38,352 nt of DNA from Gammaproteobacteria bacterium (GTDB taxonomy: Bacteria > Pseudomonadota > Gammaproteobacteria > Steroidobacterales > Steroidobacteraceae). A program made the position numbers and the translations under genes. The DNA lies in contig JASHVV010000122.1 in the NCBI GenBank assembly GCA_030044385.1, positions 1 through 38,352 on the forward strand. Reading direction: 5' to 3'. The notes beneath the pieces were generated by a model. That model saw only the letters and a program-made list of their open reading frames with translations, was not told where the DNA came from and did not search any database. Positions within the stretch are counted from its first letter, which is position 1. Each line of letters opens with the position of its first letter. Positions 1 through 12,200 of this stretch are shown piece by piece.

Positions 1-59
1 GATCGAACCACCGACCACCACCATGTCAAGGTGGTGCTCTACCACTGAGCTACGCGCCT
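1..59 (-). tRNA. tRNA-Val (anticodon GAC), 3' part cut off by the window edge
   Basis: The reverse complement reads AGGCGCGTAGCTCAGTGGTAGAGCACCACCTTGACATGGTGGTGGTCGGTGGTTCGATC. It shows an acceptor 5' strand, the D-arm GCTCAGTGGTAGAGC, an anticodon stem CCACC/GGTGG with loop TTGACAT (GAC), and the start of the T-arm GGTTCGA. It closely resembles the enterobacterial tRNA-Val(GAC) as I remember it. Confidence 0.9.
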
Positions 60-88
60 ATGCCTGAGCCGCTCATTATATCAAGGGA

Positions 89-1885
89 TCAGGAGCCTTG
101 GGCCCTCTTGGAGGGCTCCAGCGTACGGGCTGGCCCGGGCGTGTGCCGCAGCCGCTCGATCTGCTCGACGCATCCCCCCACCCGCGTCTCGAGCCGGCTC
201 ATCCCCGCGACCGCCAGTCTCTGGACCGCGCGATCCAGGTCGTGATCGAGTCCCCAGAGACCGACGATGACCGGCAGGCTCTCCGCGTGGGCACGGATCC
301 GCTTGACCACGGCCCGCGCCGGCGGGACCGCCTCGGGCGGCAGCGCGGAGACCACGATCGCCTCGAGCCCGGCGCCCGCACCGGCCGAGACCTCCTCCTC
401 CAGCCGCTCGAGCGCCGCCACCCGCGCGCCGATGCCGCGGTTGATGAGCACCGCGGCGAGCAGCTTCGCCACGATGATGTCCTCCTGGTCCTCTGCCGGT
501 ACGCAGAGCACCGACGGTGACTGCCACGAGAGCGCGCCGCGGCCGTCCGTGCGCTGCAGCCCCTCGAGCAGCTCGTCGACCCACTGCTGGATCTGATCGA
601 GCACGGCGCGGCGCCGGACGGGCTTGAGGGCCCCGCGCGCGAAGTCGGCCTCGAGCTGCCGCATGGCCGGCACGATGGCGATGTCGCAGAGCTCGCGCAG
701 CGAGTGCTCGCGCACCGCACCCTCGAGCAGCGTGTCGGCTTCATCGCGATTGCTGGTGAGAAGCCGCTGATAGAGCTGCTGGTAAGGCTCGAGCGCCGGC
801 TCGTCGCCGAGCAGCACTTCGAGGAACTCGAGCTGCGGAACGTACTTGCCCATGACGACGAGGCACACGGTGATCGGTACCGAGAGCAGCAGGCCCGCGA
901 GTCCCCACAGCCACGTCCAGAACGCGGCGGCGAGCAGCAGCGCGACCGGCGAGACGCCGGTCCGGGCGGCATAGAGCCAGGGCTCGAGCACCGCGTAGTT
1001 GAAAAGCTCGATGCTGCCGTAGATGCCGAGAACGACCAGCGGGTGCATGAGGTCGTTGAAGGCCGCGAACGAGAGCGCGAAGGGCATCGCGCCCGCGGCC
1101 CAGATCCCGACGTAGGGAATGAAGCGCAGCACCAGCGTGAGCGCGCCCCAGAGGCCGGGGTTGGGTACGTTGAGGAGCGCGAGGCCAACCCCCACCCAGA
1201 TTCCCGTCAGCGAATTGATGAGCAGCTGCGACAGGAGGTAGCGGCTGACCCGCGCGGCGGCATCGTCGAACGCGGCGGTGGTCGCCTGAAGGTTGCGCGG
1301 CCCGAGGAGACGGATGAGCCGCTCGCGCAGGTCGGGAAGCCGCAGCAGCATGAAGGCGACCAGCACCATCACCGCGAGCGCCCAGCCCAGGGGTTTCACC
1401 AGCGGACCGACCACGTCGCGCGCGATCTCGAGCAGGCTCGCCCGCGGCTGCACGATCTCCACCTTCTGCACCCCGGCCGGCAGGCCCGTCACCGGACTCA
1501 AGCGCTCGATCTGGGCGGCGAGGCGGTCGACCGCATCGAGGCTGTCGGTGACGCCGCCGCGCAGGAACCCCCGCAGGTGCGTGATGTGCTCGCGCAGATG
1601 CAGCTCGTATTGCGGCAACTGGTGCGCGAGGTCCGAGAACTGCCCGAAGATGACATCGCCGACGCCGACGATGAGCGCGAGCGCCAGCCCGAGCGACAGG
1701 AGGACGGCGATCAGCCGGTTGAGATGCCAGTGCTGCAGCCGGGCGACGATCGGCGAGAGGACAAAGGTGAGCAGGACGGCGAGCGCGAGCGGGACGAAGA
1801 GGTCCTGCGCCAGACGCAGCACGGCCACGACCACGACCACCGTGAGGAGCACCGTTCCCGTGGGGCGCGTCTGGGAGTTGTTCAT
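89..1885 (-). CDS. AI-2E (PerM/UPF0118) family membrane transporter with a ~230-aa C-terminal cytoplasmic extension
   Basis: 598-aa ORF. The N-terminal ~360 aa are multi-pass hydrophobic with the typical AI-2E layout (VLLTVVVVVAVLRLAQDLFVPLALAVLLTFVLSPIV..., WGLAGLLLSVPITVCLVVMGKYVPQLEFL). The C-terminal part is soluble. Its stop is 30 nt from tRNA-Val. Confidence 0.85.
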   Translation of the reverse strand: MNNSQTRPTGTVLLTVVVVVAVLRLAQDLFVPLALAVLLTFVLSPIVARLQHWHLNRLIAVLLSLGLALALIVGVGDVIFGQFSDLAHQLPQYELHLREHITHLRGFLRGGVTDSLDAVDRLAAQIERLSPVTGLPAGVQKVEIVQPRASLLEIARDVVGPLVKPLGWALAVMVLVAFMLLRLPDLRERLIRLLGPRNLQATTAAFDDAAARVSRYLLSQLLINSLTGIWVGVGLALLNVPNPGLWGALTLVLRFIPYVGIWAAGAMPFALSFAAFNDLMHPLVVLGIYGSIELFNYAVLEPWLYAARTGVSPVALLLAAAFWTWLWGLAGLLLSVPITVCLVVMGKYVPQLEFLEVLLGDEPALEPYQQLYQRLLTSNRDEADTLLEGAVREHSLRELCDIAIVPAMRQLEADFARGALKPVRRRAVLDQIQQWVDELLEGLQRTDGRGALSWQSPSVLCVPAEDQEDIIVAKLLAAVLINRGIGARVAALERLEEEVSAGAGAGLEAIVVSALPPEAVPPARAVVKRIRAHAESLPVIVGLWGLDHDLDRAVQRLAVAGMSRLETRVGGCVEQIERLRHTPGPARTLEPSKRAQGS

Positions 1886-1888
1886 TGG

Positions 1889-3916
<2,028 letters not shown>

Positions 3917-3974
3917 GCCGCTCCGTTTCGTTGCGCGCACGCTACGCGCGGTGGATGGTGGGGACCGCCCCGAT

Positions 3975-3989
3975 CCACTAATATAGTGG
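3975..3989. promoter_or_regulatory. Perfect 6-3-6 palindrome CCACTA-ATA-TAGTGG in the divergent uvrB/aminotransferase intergenic region (candidate operator and/or overlapping -10 boxes)
   Basis: This is the only AT-rich patch in the 108-bp intergenic region. It contains TAATAT on the + strand and TATATT on the - strand. It lies 59 bp upstream of the uvrB ATG and 36 bp upstream of the GTG at 4025. Confidence 0.3.
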
Positions 3990-4024
3990 TGCCCGCCCAT
4001 TTTCGGTGAACCACAGGAATTCCC

Positions 4025-5233
4025 GTGACCCTATCCGTCTCACGACGCGTCCAGCGCGTCAAGCCTTCGCCGACGCTTGCCGTCACCGCCCGCGCAGCCC
4101 GCCTCAAGGCGGAGGGCAAAGACGTCATCGGCCTCGGCGCGGGAGAGCCCGACTTCGACACCCCGGTGCCGATCGCGCAGGCGGGTATCGACGCCATCCG
4201 TAACGGGTTCACGCGCTATACGAACGTCGAAGGCATCAACGAGCTGAAGGATGCGATCATCGCGAAATTCGCCCGCGACAACGCTATCCAGTACGAGCGC
4301 TCGCAGATCCTGGTGTCCTCGGGCGCCAAGCAGACGATCTTCAATCTCTGCATGGCGATCCTCGACAAGGATGACGAGGCTGTCATCCCGGCGCCCTACT
4401 GGGTCTCCTACCCCGACATGGTGCTGCTCGCGGACGCCCAGCCGGTGATGCCGTTCGCGGGTCCCGCGCAGGGCTACAAGATCACGGCCCGCCAGCTCGC
4501 CGCGGCCATCACGCCGAAGACGCGCCTGGTACTCCTCAACAGCCCCTGCAATCCGACCGGCGCGGCCTACACCCGCGCGGAGCTGCGCGCCCTGGGCGAG
4601 GTACTGCTCGAGCACCCGCGCATCGTCATCGGCACCGATGACATGTACGAGAGGATCTACTGGGGCGCGGAGCCCTTCTGCAGCCTGCTCACCGCCGTGC
4701 CGGAGCTCTACGGCCGCACCGTGACCATCAACGGCGTGTCGAAGGCCTACGCCATGACGGGCTGGCGCATCGGCTACTGCGGCGGACCCAAGGAGCTGAT
4801 CTCCGCCATGGCCACCATTCAGGGGCAGTCGACGTCGAACGCGTCGAGCATCTCGCAGAAGGCGGCGACGGCCGCCCTCGCCGGCGATCAGGACTGTGTC
4901 GCCAGGATGAACGAGGCCTTCAAGCAGCGGCACGACTATGTCGTCGCCGCGCTCAACGCCCTTCCCGGCGTGAGCTGCCTGCCAGGAGCTGGCACTTTCT
5001 ACGCCTTCGCGGACGTCTCCAAGGCAATGGCCACCCTCGGCTGCGCCACGGACGGCGAGTTCGCAGAGCTGCTGCTCAACGACGGCGGCGTCGCGGTGGT
5101 GCCCGGGTCAGGCTTCGGTGCGCCCGGCCACATGCGGATCTCCTTCGCCTGCAGCCTGCAGACGCTCGAGAAGGCGGTCGAGCGCATCGCGCGGGTCCTG
5201 GCCACGGGCGGCGCGGTGGCGAAGAGCGCCTAG
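4025..5233 (+). CDS. Pyridoxal-phosphate-dependent aminotransferase, class I (aspartate aminotransferase-like)
   Basis: 402 aa. Motifs seen: [44 protein letters not shown], and the PLP-lysine motif [19 protein letters not shown] start. Confidence 0.92.
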   Translation: MTLSVSRRVQRVKPSPTLAVTARAARLKAEGKDVIGLGAGEPDFDTPVPIAQAGIDAIRNGFTRYTNVEGINELKDAIIAKFARDNAIQYERSQILVSSGAKQTIFNLCMAILDKDDEAVIPAPYWVSYPDMVLLADAQPVMPFAGPAQGYKITARQLAAAITPKTRLVLLNSPCNPTGAAYTRAELRALGEVLLEHPRIVIGTDDMYERIYWGAEPFCSLLTAVPELYGRTVTINGVSKAYAMTGWRIGYCGGPKELISAMATIQGQSTSNASSISQKAATAALAGDQDCVARMNEAFKQRHDYVVAALNALPGVSCLPGAGTFYAFADVSKAMATLGCATDGEFAELLLNDGGVAVVPGSGFGAPGHMRISFACSLQTLEKAVERIARVLATGGAVAKSA

Positions 5234-5247
5234 GCGCCCGAGAGGCA

Positions 5248-5628
5248 ATGGCCTGGCGGATCCTCGCGGACCTGCTGGTCGTCTGCCACCTGGCCTTCGC
5301 CGGGTTCGTGGTCTTCGGCGGCTTCCTCGCCTGGAGATGGCGATGGGCGATCCTCGCCCATCTGCCGGCGCTGGCGTGGGGGTTCTGGATCGAGACTTCG
5401 GGGCGGATCTGCCCGCTCACGCCGCTCGAGATTCACCTGCGGCACCTCGCGGGCCAGGCGGGATACCAGGGCGACTTCCTGAACCACTATGTGGTCGCGG
5501 TGCTTTATCCGCCGTGGCTCACGCGGCCGGACCAGTGGGCGCTCGCGGCGCTGCTGCTCGCGATCAATCTCGTGGCGTACGGCGCCCTGCTCCGCCCTCA
5601 CCGCCGGCGGCGCCGCAGAGTTCCTTGA
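5248..5628 (+). CDS. Small integral membrane protein, DUF2784-like
   Basis: 126 aa with 3-4 hydrophobic helices and a WIETSGRICPLTPLE motif that I recall as typical of DUF2784. It starts 15 nt after the aminotransferase stop, with a GAGAGG ribosome-binding site. Confidence 0.7.
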   Translation: MAWRILADLLVVCHLAFAGFVVFGGFLAWRWRWAILAHLPALAWGFWIETSGRICPLTPLEIHLRHLAGQAGYQGDFLNHYVVAVLYPPWLTRPDQWALAALLLAINLVAYGALLRPHRRRRRRVP

Positions 5629-5684
5629 CTAAATCCCGGCCCTCGCCTCAGAATTCGCGCCCTTTCGCATCGTGCTCGCACGGT

Positions 5685-5760
5685 TCCCCGGTAGCTCAGT
5701 CGGTAGAGCGTCGGACTGTTAATCCGTTGGTCGTTGGTTCGAGTCCAACCCGGGGAGCCA
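5685..5760 (+). tRNA. tRNA-Asn (anticodon GTT), CCA encoded
   Basis: TCCCCGGTAGCTCAGTCGGTAGAGCGTCGGACTGTTAATCCGTTGGTCGTTGGTTCGAGTCCAACCCGGGGAGCCA. Acceptor TCCCCGG/CCGGGGA, anticodon loop CTGTTAA, T-arm GGTTCGAGTCC. Confidence 0.95.
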
Positions 5761-6260
5761 ATAAATCAATAGCTTAGGTGCGGCACGAACGTCGGCTGGC
5801 GCCTGAGCCGCAGCGACGACGGTCTGGCCTCTATAGTCAATTCCTGCCGATGCGCCTGCTCCCGCTCCATGACCTTTGAGCGGGGCCCCTCTTCCTCGCC
5901 GAGATTGAAACAGGACAGCCTGAGCGCGGGTCGGCTCAGCGACTTCCCAGGACGGCGTCGCGAAAGCGCGCCCCGCCGGACGGAGCCGGTCCGCCGGTAC
6001 GGGCCAACAGGAACCCCGGTGTGCAAACATGACACGTGGGCGCACCAAACTGGAGCACGTTGACGGCTGCAGAACAGGCGCTGGAACTGACTTCTTCCGG
6101 CGAGCCCAGTCACCTGCCAGCAGGCGTGTGTAACACGCGCGGCATATGCCACGATGACGCTGGCGCTCGCCAACACCCGGCCGCGTTGCTCGTTGTGCCC
6201 TTCCAGGTTTGGTGTTAGCCTGAACGCTCAGCAGTTCGACCATTGCGCGGAGGTCCTATC

Positions 6261-9200
6261 ATGGACCAACCTGCCCCCGGTTCGAGCACTTCTGACGACG
6301 CAGATCCCGACGGCGCTGGCAGCTCTGCAAGCCAGTTCGCGCCGCCCGCCATTGCGTTGCCCAAGGGCGGCGGTGCGATTCGCGGAATCGGCGAGAAGTT
6401 CAGCGCGAACCCGGTGACGGGAACCGGGAATCTGACGGTTCCCATCGCTACCACGCCGGGACGCAGCGGCTTTGGACCGCAGATGTCCCTCACATACGAT
6501 TCCGGCGCGGGCAACGGGCCCTTTGGTTTCGGTTGGCGCCTGTCCGTGCCCTCCATCACGCGCAAGACCGATAAAGGACTGCCGCGATATTTCGACGAAG
6601 AGGAATCCGACGTCTTCATTCATTCGGGTGTTGAAGACCTCGTGCCCGTCATTGCATCGTCGGCGGAGGCTGCTCCTACCGCAGCCACTCTCGCAGCGAG
6701 CGCAGGCATCTCGCCGCAAACGCTGCTGGGACAAGTCTATGCCGTCAAGCGTTATCGCCCGCGTATAGAGGGCCTGTTTGCGCGCATCGAACGCTGGAGC
6801 AACCTGGCGACCGGTGAGACCTTCTGGAAATCCATTTCCAAGGACAATGTCACGAGCCTCTATGGCTGGGATGCGACGAGCCGCATTGCAGATCCGGAGG
6901 ACCCGGCGCGGGTGTTCTCGTGGCTGCTCGCACTGACCTATGACGATCGCGGCAACGTCGCGCTGTACACATACAAGGCGGAAGACGCGGCGAACGTGCC
7001 TCCAACCGTACAGGAGCTGTCTCGAAGCGTCACGGCAAACCGCTATCTGAAACGCATTCAGTACGGCAATGGCTCCCCTTACCAGTCCGGCGGAGCGACG
7101 CTCATGCCGAGCGCCCAGAGCATGAACTGGTGCTTCGAGGTCGTGCTCGATTACGGCGAGCACGATCCGGACAACCCGACCCCGGCGGAGGTTACAGCTT
7201 GGCCATGCCGCCTCGATCCGTTCTCGACGTACCGGCCGTGCTTCGAAGTGCGCACCTACCGCTTGTGCCGCCGGGTGCTGATGTTTCATCACTTTGCGGA
7301 GCTTCCGCTCCCCAGCTATCTGGTCCGCTCGACCGACCTGCGCTACTCGAGCGATGACAATCCACCGGACCCGGTCAGTCCGATCTACACGTATCTGGAA
7401 TGCGTCACACAGACTGGGTATCGCTGGAACGCCGCCGACGCCGCCTACATCCGGAAATGTCTGCCGCCCCTGATGTTTCGCTATACCCAGGCCAGGATCG
7501 ATCCCACCGTACACAACGCGGATCCCTCGGCGCTGCAGAACCTGCCCGCGGGCGTCGATGGCGCACGCTTCCGCTGGGTGGATCTCGACGGGGAGGGCTC
7601 CCCTGGCGTCCTCGCCGAGCAGTCGGGCACCTGGTTTTACAAGCGCAATGTAAGCAACCGCCCGGATACCGCCGGACACGTGCAGCCGCGATTCGAGCCG
7701 CTCGAGCGCGTGGGCTCAGTACCCTCGATCGCCGGTCTGGAGAGAGGGACACAGCAGCTGATGGATCTCGCCGGGGATGGGCATCTGTGCCTGGTGCAGA
7801 CCGCGCGCCCGCTGCCCGGCTACTACGAGCGAACGGAGCAGTACGGATGGAGGCCGTTCAGCGCTTTCCGGGAGCTTCCCGATATCGATTGGCGCGACCC
7901 CAATCTGCGCACCGTCGACCTGAACGGAGATGGGTTTCCCGACGTACTGATAACGGAGAACGAGGTCTTTACCTGGTACCCATCGTGGGCGCGGGCTGGA
8001 TTCGGGCCGGCGGAAACGGTCCGTAAGCCGTTCGATGAAGATGCAGGTCCGGCGGTCATCTTTGCCGACGGAACACAGTCGATCTACCTCGCCGACATGA
8101 GCGGCGATGGGTTGCAGGACCTGGTACGCGTGCGTAATGGCGAGATCTGCTACTGGCCGAATCTCGGCTACGGCCGTTTCGGCGCGAAGATCACCATGGG
8201 CAGCGCGCCGCTGTTCGATGCGCCGGACCTCTTCGAGCAGAAGCGCATCCGATTGGCGGATATCGACGGCTCGGGAACAACCGACGTCCTGTACCTGGGC
8301 AGCGACCGCATTCGCGCCTGGTTCAATCAATCGGGCAACAGCTGGAGCGCGCCCCAGACCATCAGCGCTTTTCCCAAGATCGACGCGTTGAGCGCCGTCA
8401 GCACGGTGGACCTGCTCGGCAACGGCACCGCATGCCTCGTGTGGTCCTCCCCGCTTCCGGACGATACGCGGCGACCGCTGCGTTATATCGATTTGATGGG
8501 ACATCGGAAGCCGCATCTGCTCATCGACATTCGCAACAATCTCGGCGCCGAGACCCGCATCCAGTACGTCGCCTCCACCAAGTTCTACCTGCGGGACCGG
8601 GAGCAGGGTACTCCCTGGGTCACGCGCCTTGCCTTCCCCGTGTATGTGGTCGAGCGCGTCGAGACGTTCGACTGGGTCAGCCGCAATCGCTTCGTCACCC
8701 GGTACACGTACCACCACGGCTATTTCGACGGCGCCGAGCGCGAGTTTCGCGGCTTCGGCCGGGTCGATCAGATCGATACGGAAGAGCTGGGGGCGCTGAC
8801 GACCTCGGGCAGCTTTCCGCCCGCCACCAACGTCGATGCGGCCTCATACGTGCCGCCGGTGCTGACCAGAACCTGGTTTCATACCGGCGCCTATCCCATG
8901 GGCGGACGGGTATCACGCGTCTATGCACACGAGTATTTCCAGGAACCGGGGCTGAGCGCCGCGCAGCTCGCGGGCATCAGCTTGCCCGATTCGGTGCTGC
9001 CCCAGCGGCTGAGTCGCTGGGAGCCTCGTGAGGCGATCCGGGCACTCAAGGGCCTGATACTGCGCCAGGAGGTATATGCCCTCGACGGCACACCCGCCGC
9101 CGCCTTCCCGTATAGCGTGACCGAGCACAATTACACGGTGCGGCTCGTGCAGCCGTTGGATGCCAATCGGCACGCGGTCTTCTACCCTCATGCACGCGAG

Positions 9201-12200
9201 ACCGTCGCCTTCGCTTACGAGCGTCGTCTCTACGCCGTCCAGGGCAAAAATGTCATGGACCCACGCACCAGTCACACTCTGGTGCTGGCGGTCGATCCGT
9301 TCGGCAATGAGCTGCAGACCGCGGCAATCGCCTATGGCCGCCGTTATGCGGATGCGGATTCGAGCACGCCCTCCTTGCTCTCGAGCAGCGATACACAGCT
9401 GCAGCAATCGCCGCTCGCCACCTATACCCAGAACGACTACACCACGGCGGTATTCACCGCCAGCGCCCACCGCACTCCCCTGCCGGCGGAGTCGCGCAGC
9501 TACCAGCTCATCAACGTTGTGCCCATCGCAACATCGGATGGCATGCCGACTACGCTGATCTCGTTCTACGAGCTCTCCGGCCTCATCGGGAACGGCACGG
9601 ACACCGCCCTCACCGATTTGGAGTACTGGGACTTCACGGCATCCACAGCCCCGAGCGGCACACCCTGCCGCCGCCTGTTCGCGGATCGCCGCATCCTCTA
9701 TCAGAGCGACGACCTCAGCACCGCTCTCGCGCTCGGCTCGATGCAATCGATGGGACTGGTGTACGAAAGCTATAGGCTCGCGCTCACCCCCGACCTGATA
9801 TCCGGCGCGACCAACGTCTTTCAGGGCATCTTTGGCGGGCAAACGCTAGCGACCTTTCTGACTCCCAGCCCGGCCGCGCTGCTCGCGGCTGCCGGGGCGG
9901 CGGGCACCACTCCCATCGATCCGCGCAACAACACTCAGTGCGGCTATGTCGATCTCGACGGCAGTAATCACTGGTGGATCCCGTCAGGACGGGTGCGTTA
10001 CTCGCCCAACGACAATACGGGCACGACCGAAATCAGCTACGCGCAGCAGCACTTCTTTCTACCCCAGCGCTTCCTCGATCCCTTCCAGGAAGCGTTGAGC
10101 TCGAGCAACACCACCTGGGCGACGGGGCTGCCGCTAGTCACCTTAGTGACCTACGACGCTCATGACCTTCTTCTCCTGGAGTCCGTCGATCCGCGCGGCA
10201 ACCAGACCATCGTGGGCGGCCTCAACACGGACGGAACCGTCAGCAACGGCAACGACTATCGGGTCATGCAGCCGGCGCTCATCACGGATGCCAACGGCAA
10301 TCGCTCGGCGGCGATCTACGATGCGCTGGGACTCCTGGTCGGAACCGCAGTGATGGGAACCGCGGCTGAAGGCACCTCGGTGGGAGATTCCCTGACGGGC
10401 CTCGACCCGGATGCCAGTCCGAGCGCCTTTCTGACCGATCCCGTCACGAACGCCGCGGCACTCCTCGTCAGCGCGAGTACCCGCCTGGTCTACGACTTGT
10501 GGCGATTTCAAAAGACTCAGGCCGCCAATCCGACGAACCCAGCGGCGTGGCTGCCCGCGGCCGTCGCCACCATCGCACGCGAGATTCATGCCGCCGATCC
10601 CGGTGGGGCTACCTCGCGGCTGCAGATCAGCTTTGCGTTCTCGGACGGACTGCAGCGCGTCATTCAATCGAAGATGCTTGCCGCCCCCGCGGACGGCCCC
10701 GCCACGGTGCCGCCTCCCGGCCCCCGATGGCTGGGCTCCGGCTGGACGATTTTCAATAACAAGGGTAAGCCGGTTCGGCAGTACGAGCCGTTTTTCACCT
10801 ACGATTTCGAATTCGAGTTCAACGCCGTGGCGGGCGTCAGCCCGATCCTGTTCTACGACCCGGTTGGGCGGGCCGTGGCCACGCTGCGTCCGGACCACAC
10901 CTTCGAAAAGGTTGTCTTCGACCCCTGGGGCCAGCAGAGCTGGGACGCAAACGACACCGCGCTCGTCGAGGATCCGTCCCAGGACACGGACGTCGGCGTG
11001 TACTTTCAGCGCATTCCACAGGGCGATTACCTGCCGACGTGGTATCAGACCAATAGCGCTGCCTCGCCGGGCCTGACCGTCGCCGGAACCGGCACTCCGA
11101 CGCTCGCTTATTTCGATCCCCTCGGCCGGATGTTCCTCGGCATTGACGATAACACCACCAATATCAGCAATCCGCAGAAATACCCCACGCATACCGTTCT
11201 CGATATCCAGAACTACCACCGTTCGGTAATCGACGCGCTCGGGCGAACGATCGCACGCTACGACTACGACCTATTGGGAACCAAGCTGCACTCGAACAGC
11301 GCGGATGCGGGCGAGCGATGGACGCTCTCCGATATTGCCCGCAAGCCGATGCTCGCCTGGAACAGCCGTGGCTTCGCGACGGCCCGCAAGTACGATGAGC
11401 TTCGCCGCCCGACCGCACTGCTGGTCACCGCACCAGGCGCGACCTCGGCGGCACAGGCAGAGCAATTGATCTACGGCGACGATCCGACGCTCACGCTACC
11501 CGTCGCCTCCAATCTTCGTGCGCGGCCGTACCAAAGTTACGACGCCGCCGGATTGCTTCAGTTCGTGTCCTATGACTTCAAGGGGAACTTACTGAACAGC
11601 GCCAGAACCCTGCTGCCGGCGACGGCGCAATATCTCGCCAATCCGGTGAACTGGTCGCCCGCGACCGTCGCCGCGCTCGCCAGCGAAACCTTTACCACCA
11701 CGACCGCGTACGACGCGCTCAATCGACCCGTCTCGCAGACAACGCCGGACAGCAGCGTGGTCACGCGCACTTTCAACCAAACCAAGCTGCTGCAGACGGT
11801 GACGCTGAACACGACCCTCGGCGGCACCACCACCCTGGTCCAGAACATCGATTACAACGAAAAGGCGCAGCGCCTGAGCGTCGAGTATGGCAACGGAGTT
11901 GTCTCGAGCTATACCTATGAGCCCGAAACCTATCGCCTGTCGCAGGTAACGACGACACGGACCAGCAGCAGCAACGGCATCTCCATTCTCTTCAGCTCGC
12001 CGACCTCCATTCAAGCGCTCGAGTACACCTACGATCCCGTCGGTAACATTACCCTACTGCAGGACGGCGCGGCGAAACCGGTCATCTACAACCAGCAGTC
12101 GGTGACCGCATCGGCGAGCTACACTTACGACCCCCTCTATCGGCTCCTGTCCGCGACCGGGCGGGAGCAGATCGGCCAAGCGCAGTTCTCGACCGGCACG

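Noticed and set aside
5761-6260. Searched for an integrase remnant, a small gene, or a direct repeat of the tRNA-Asn 3' end marking an island boundary
   Set aside because: The short ORFs here (for example 5869-6063 and 6036-6218) have no convincing composition, RBS or motifs. No second copy of the tRNA 3' segment was seen near 26600-27300, so no att sites can be claimed.
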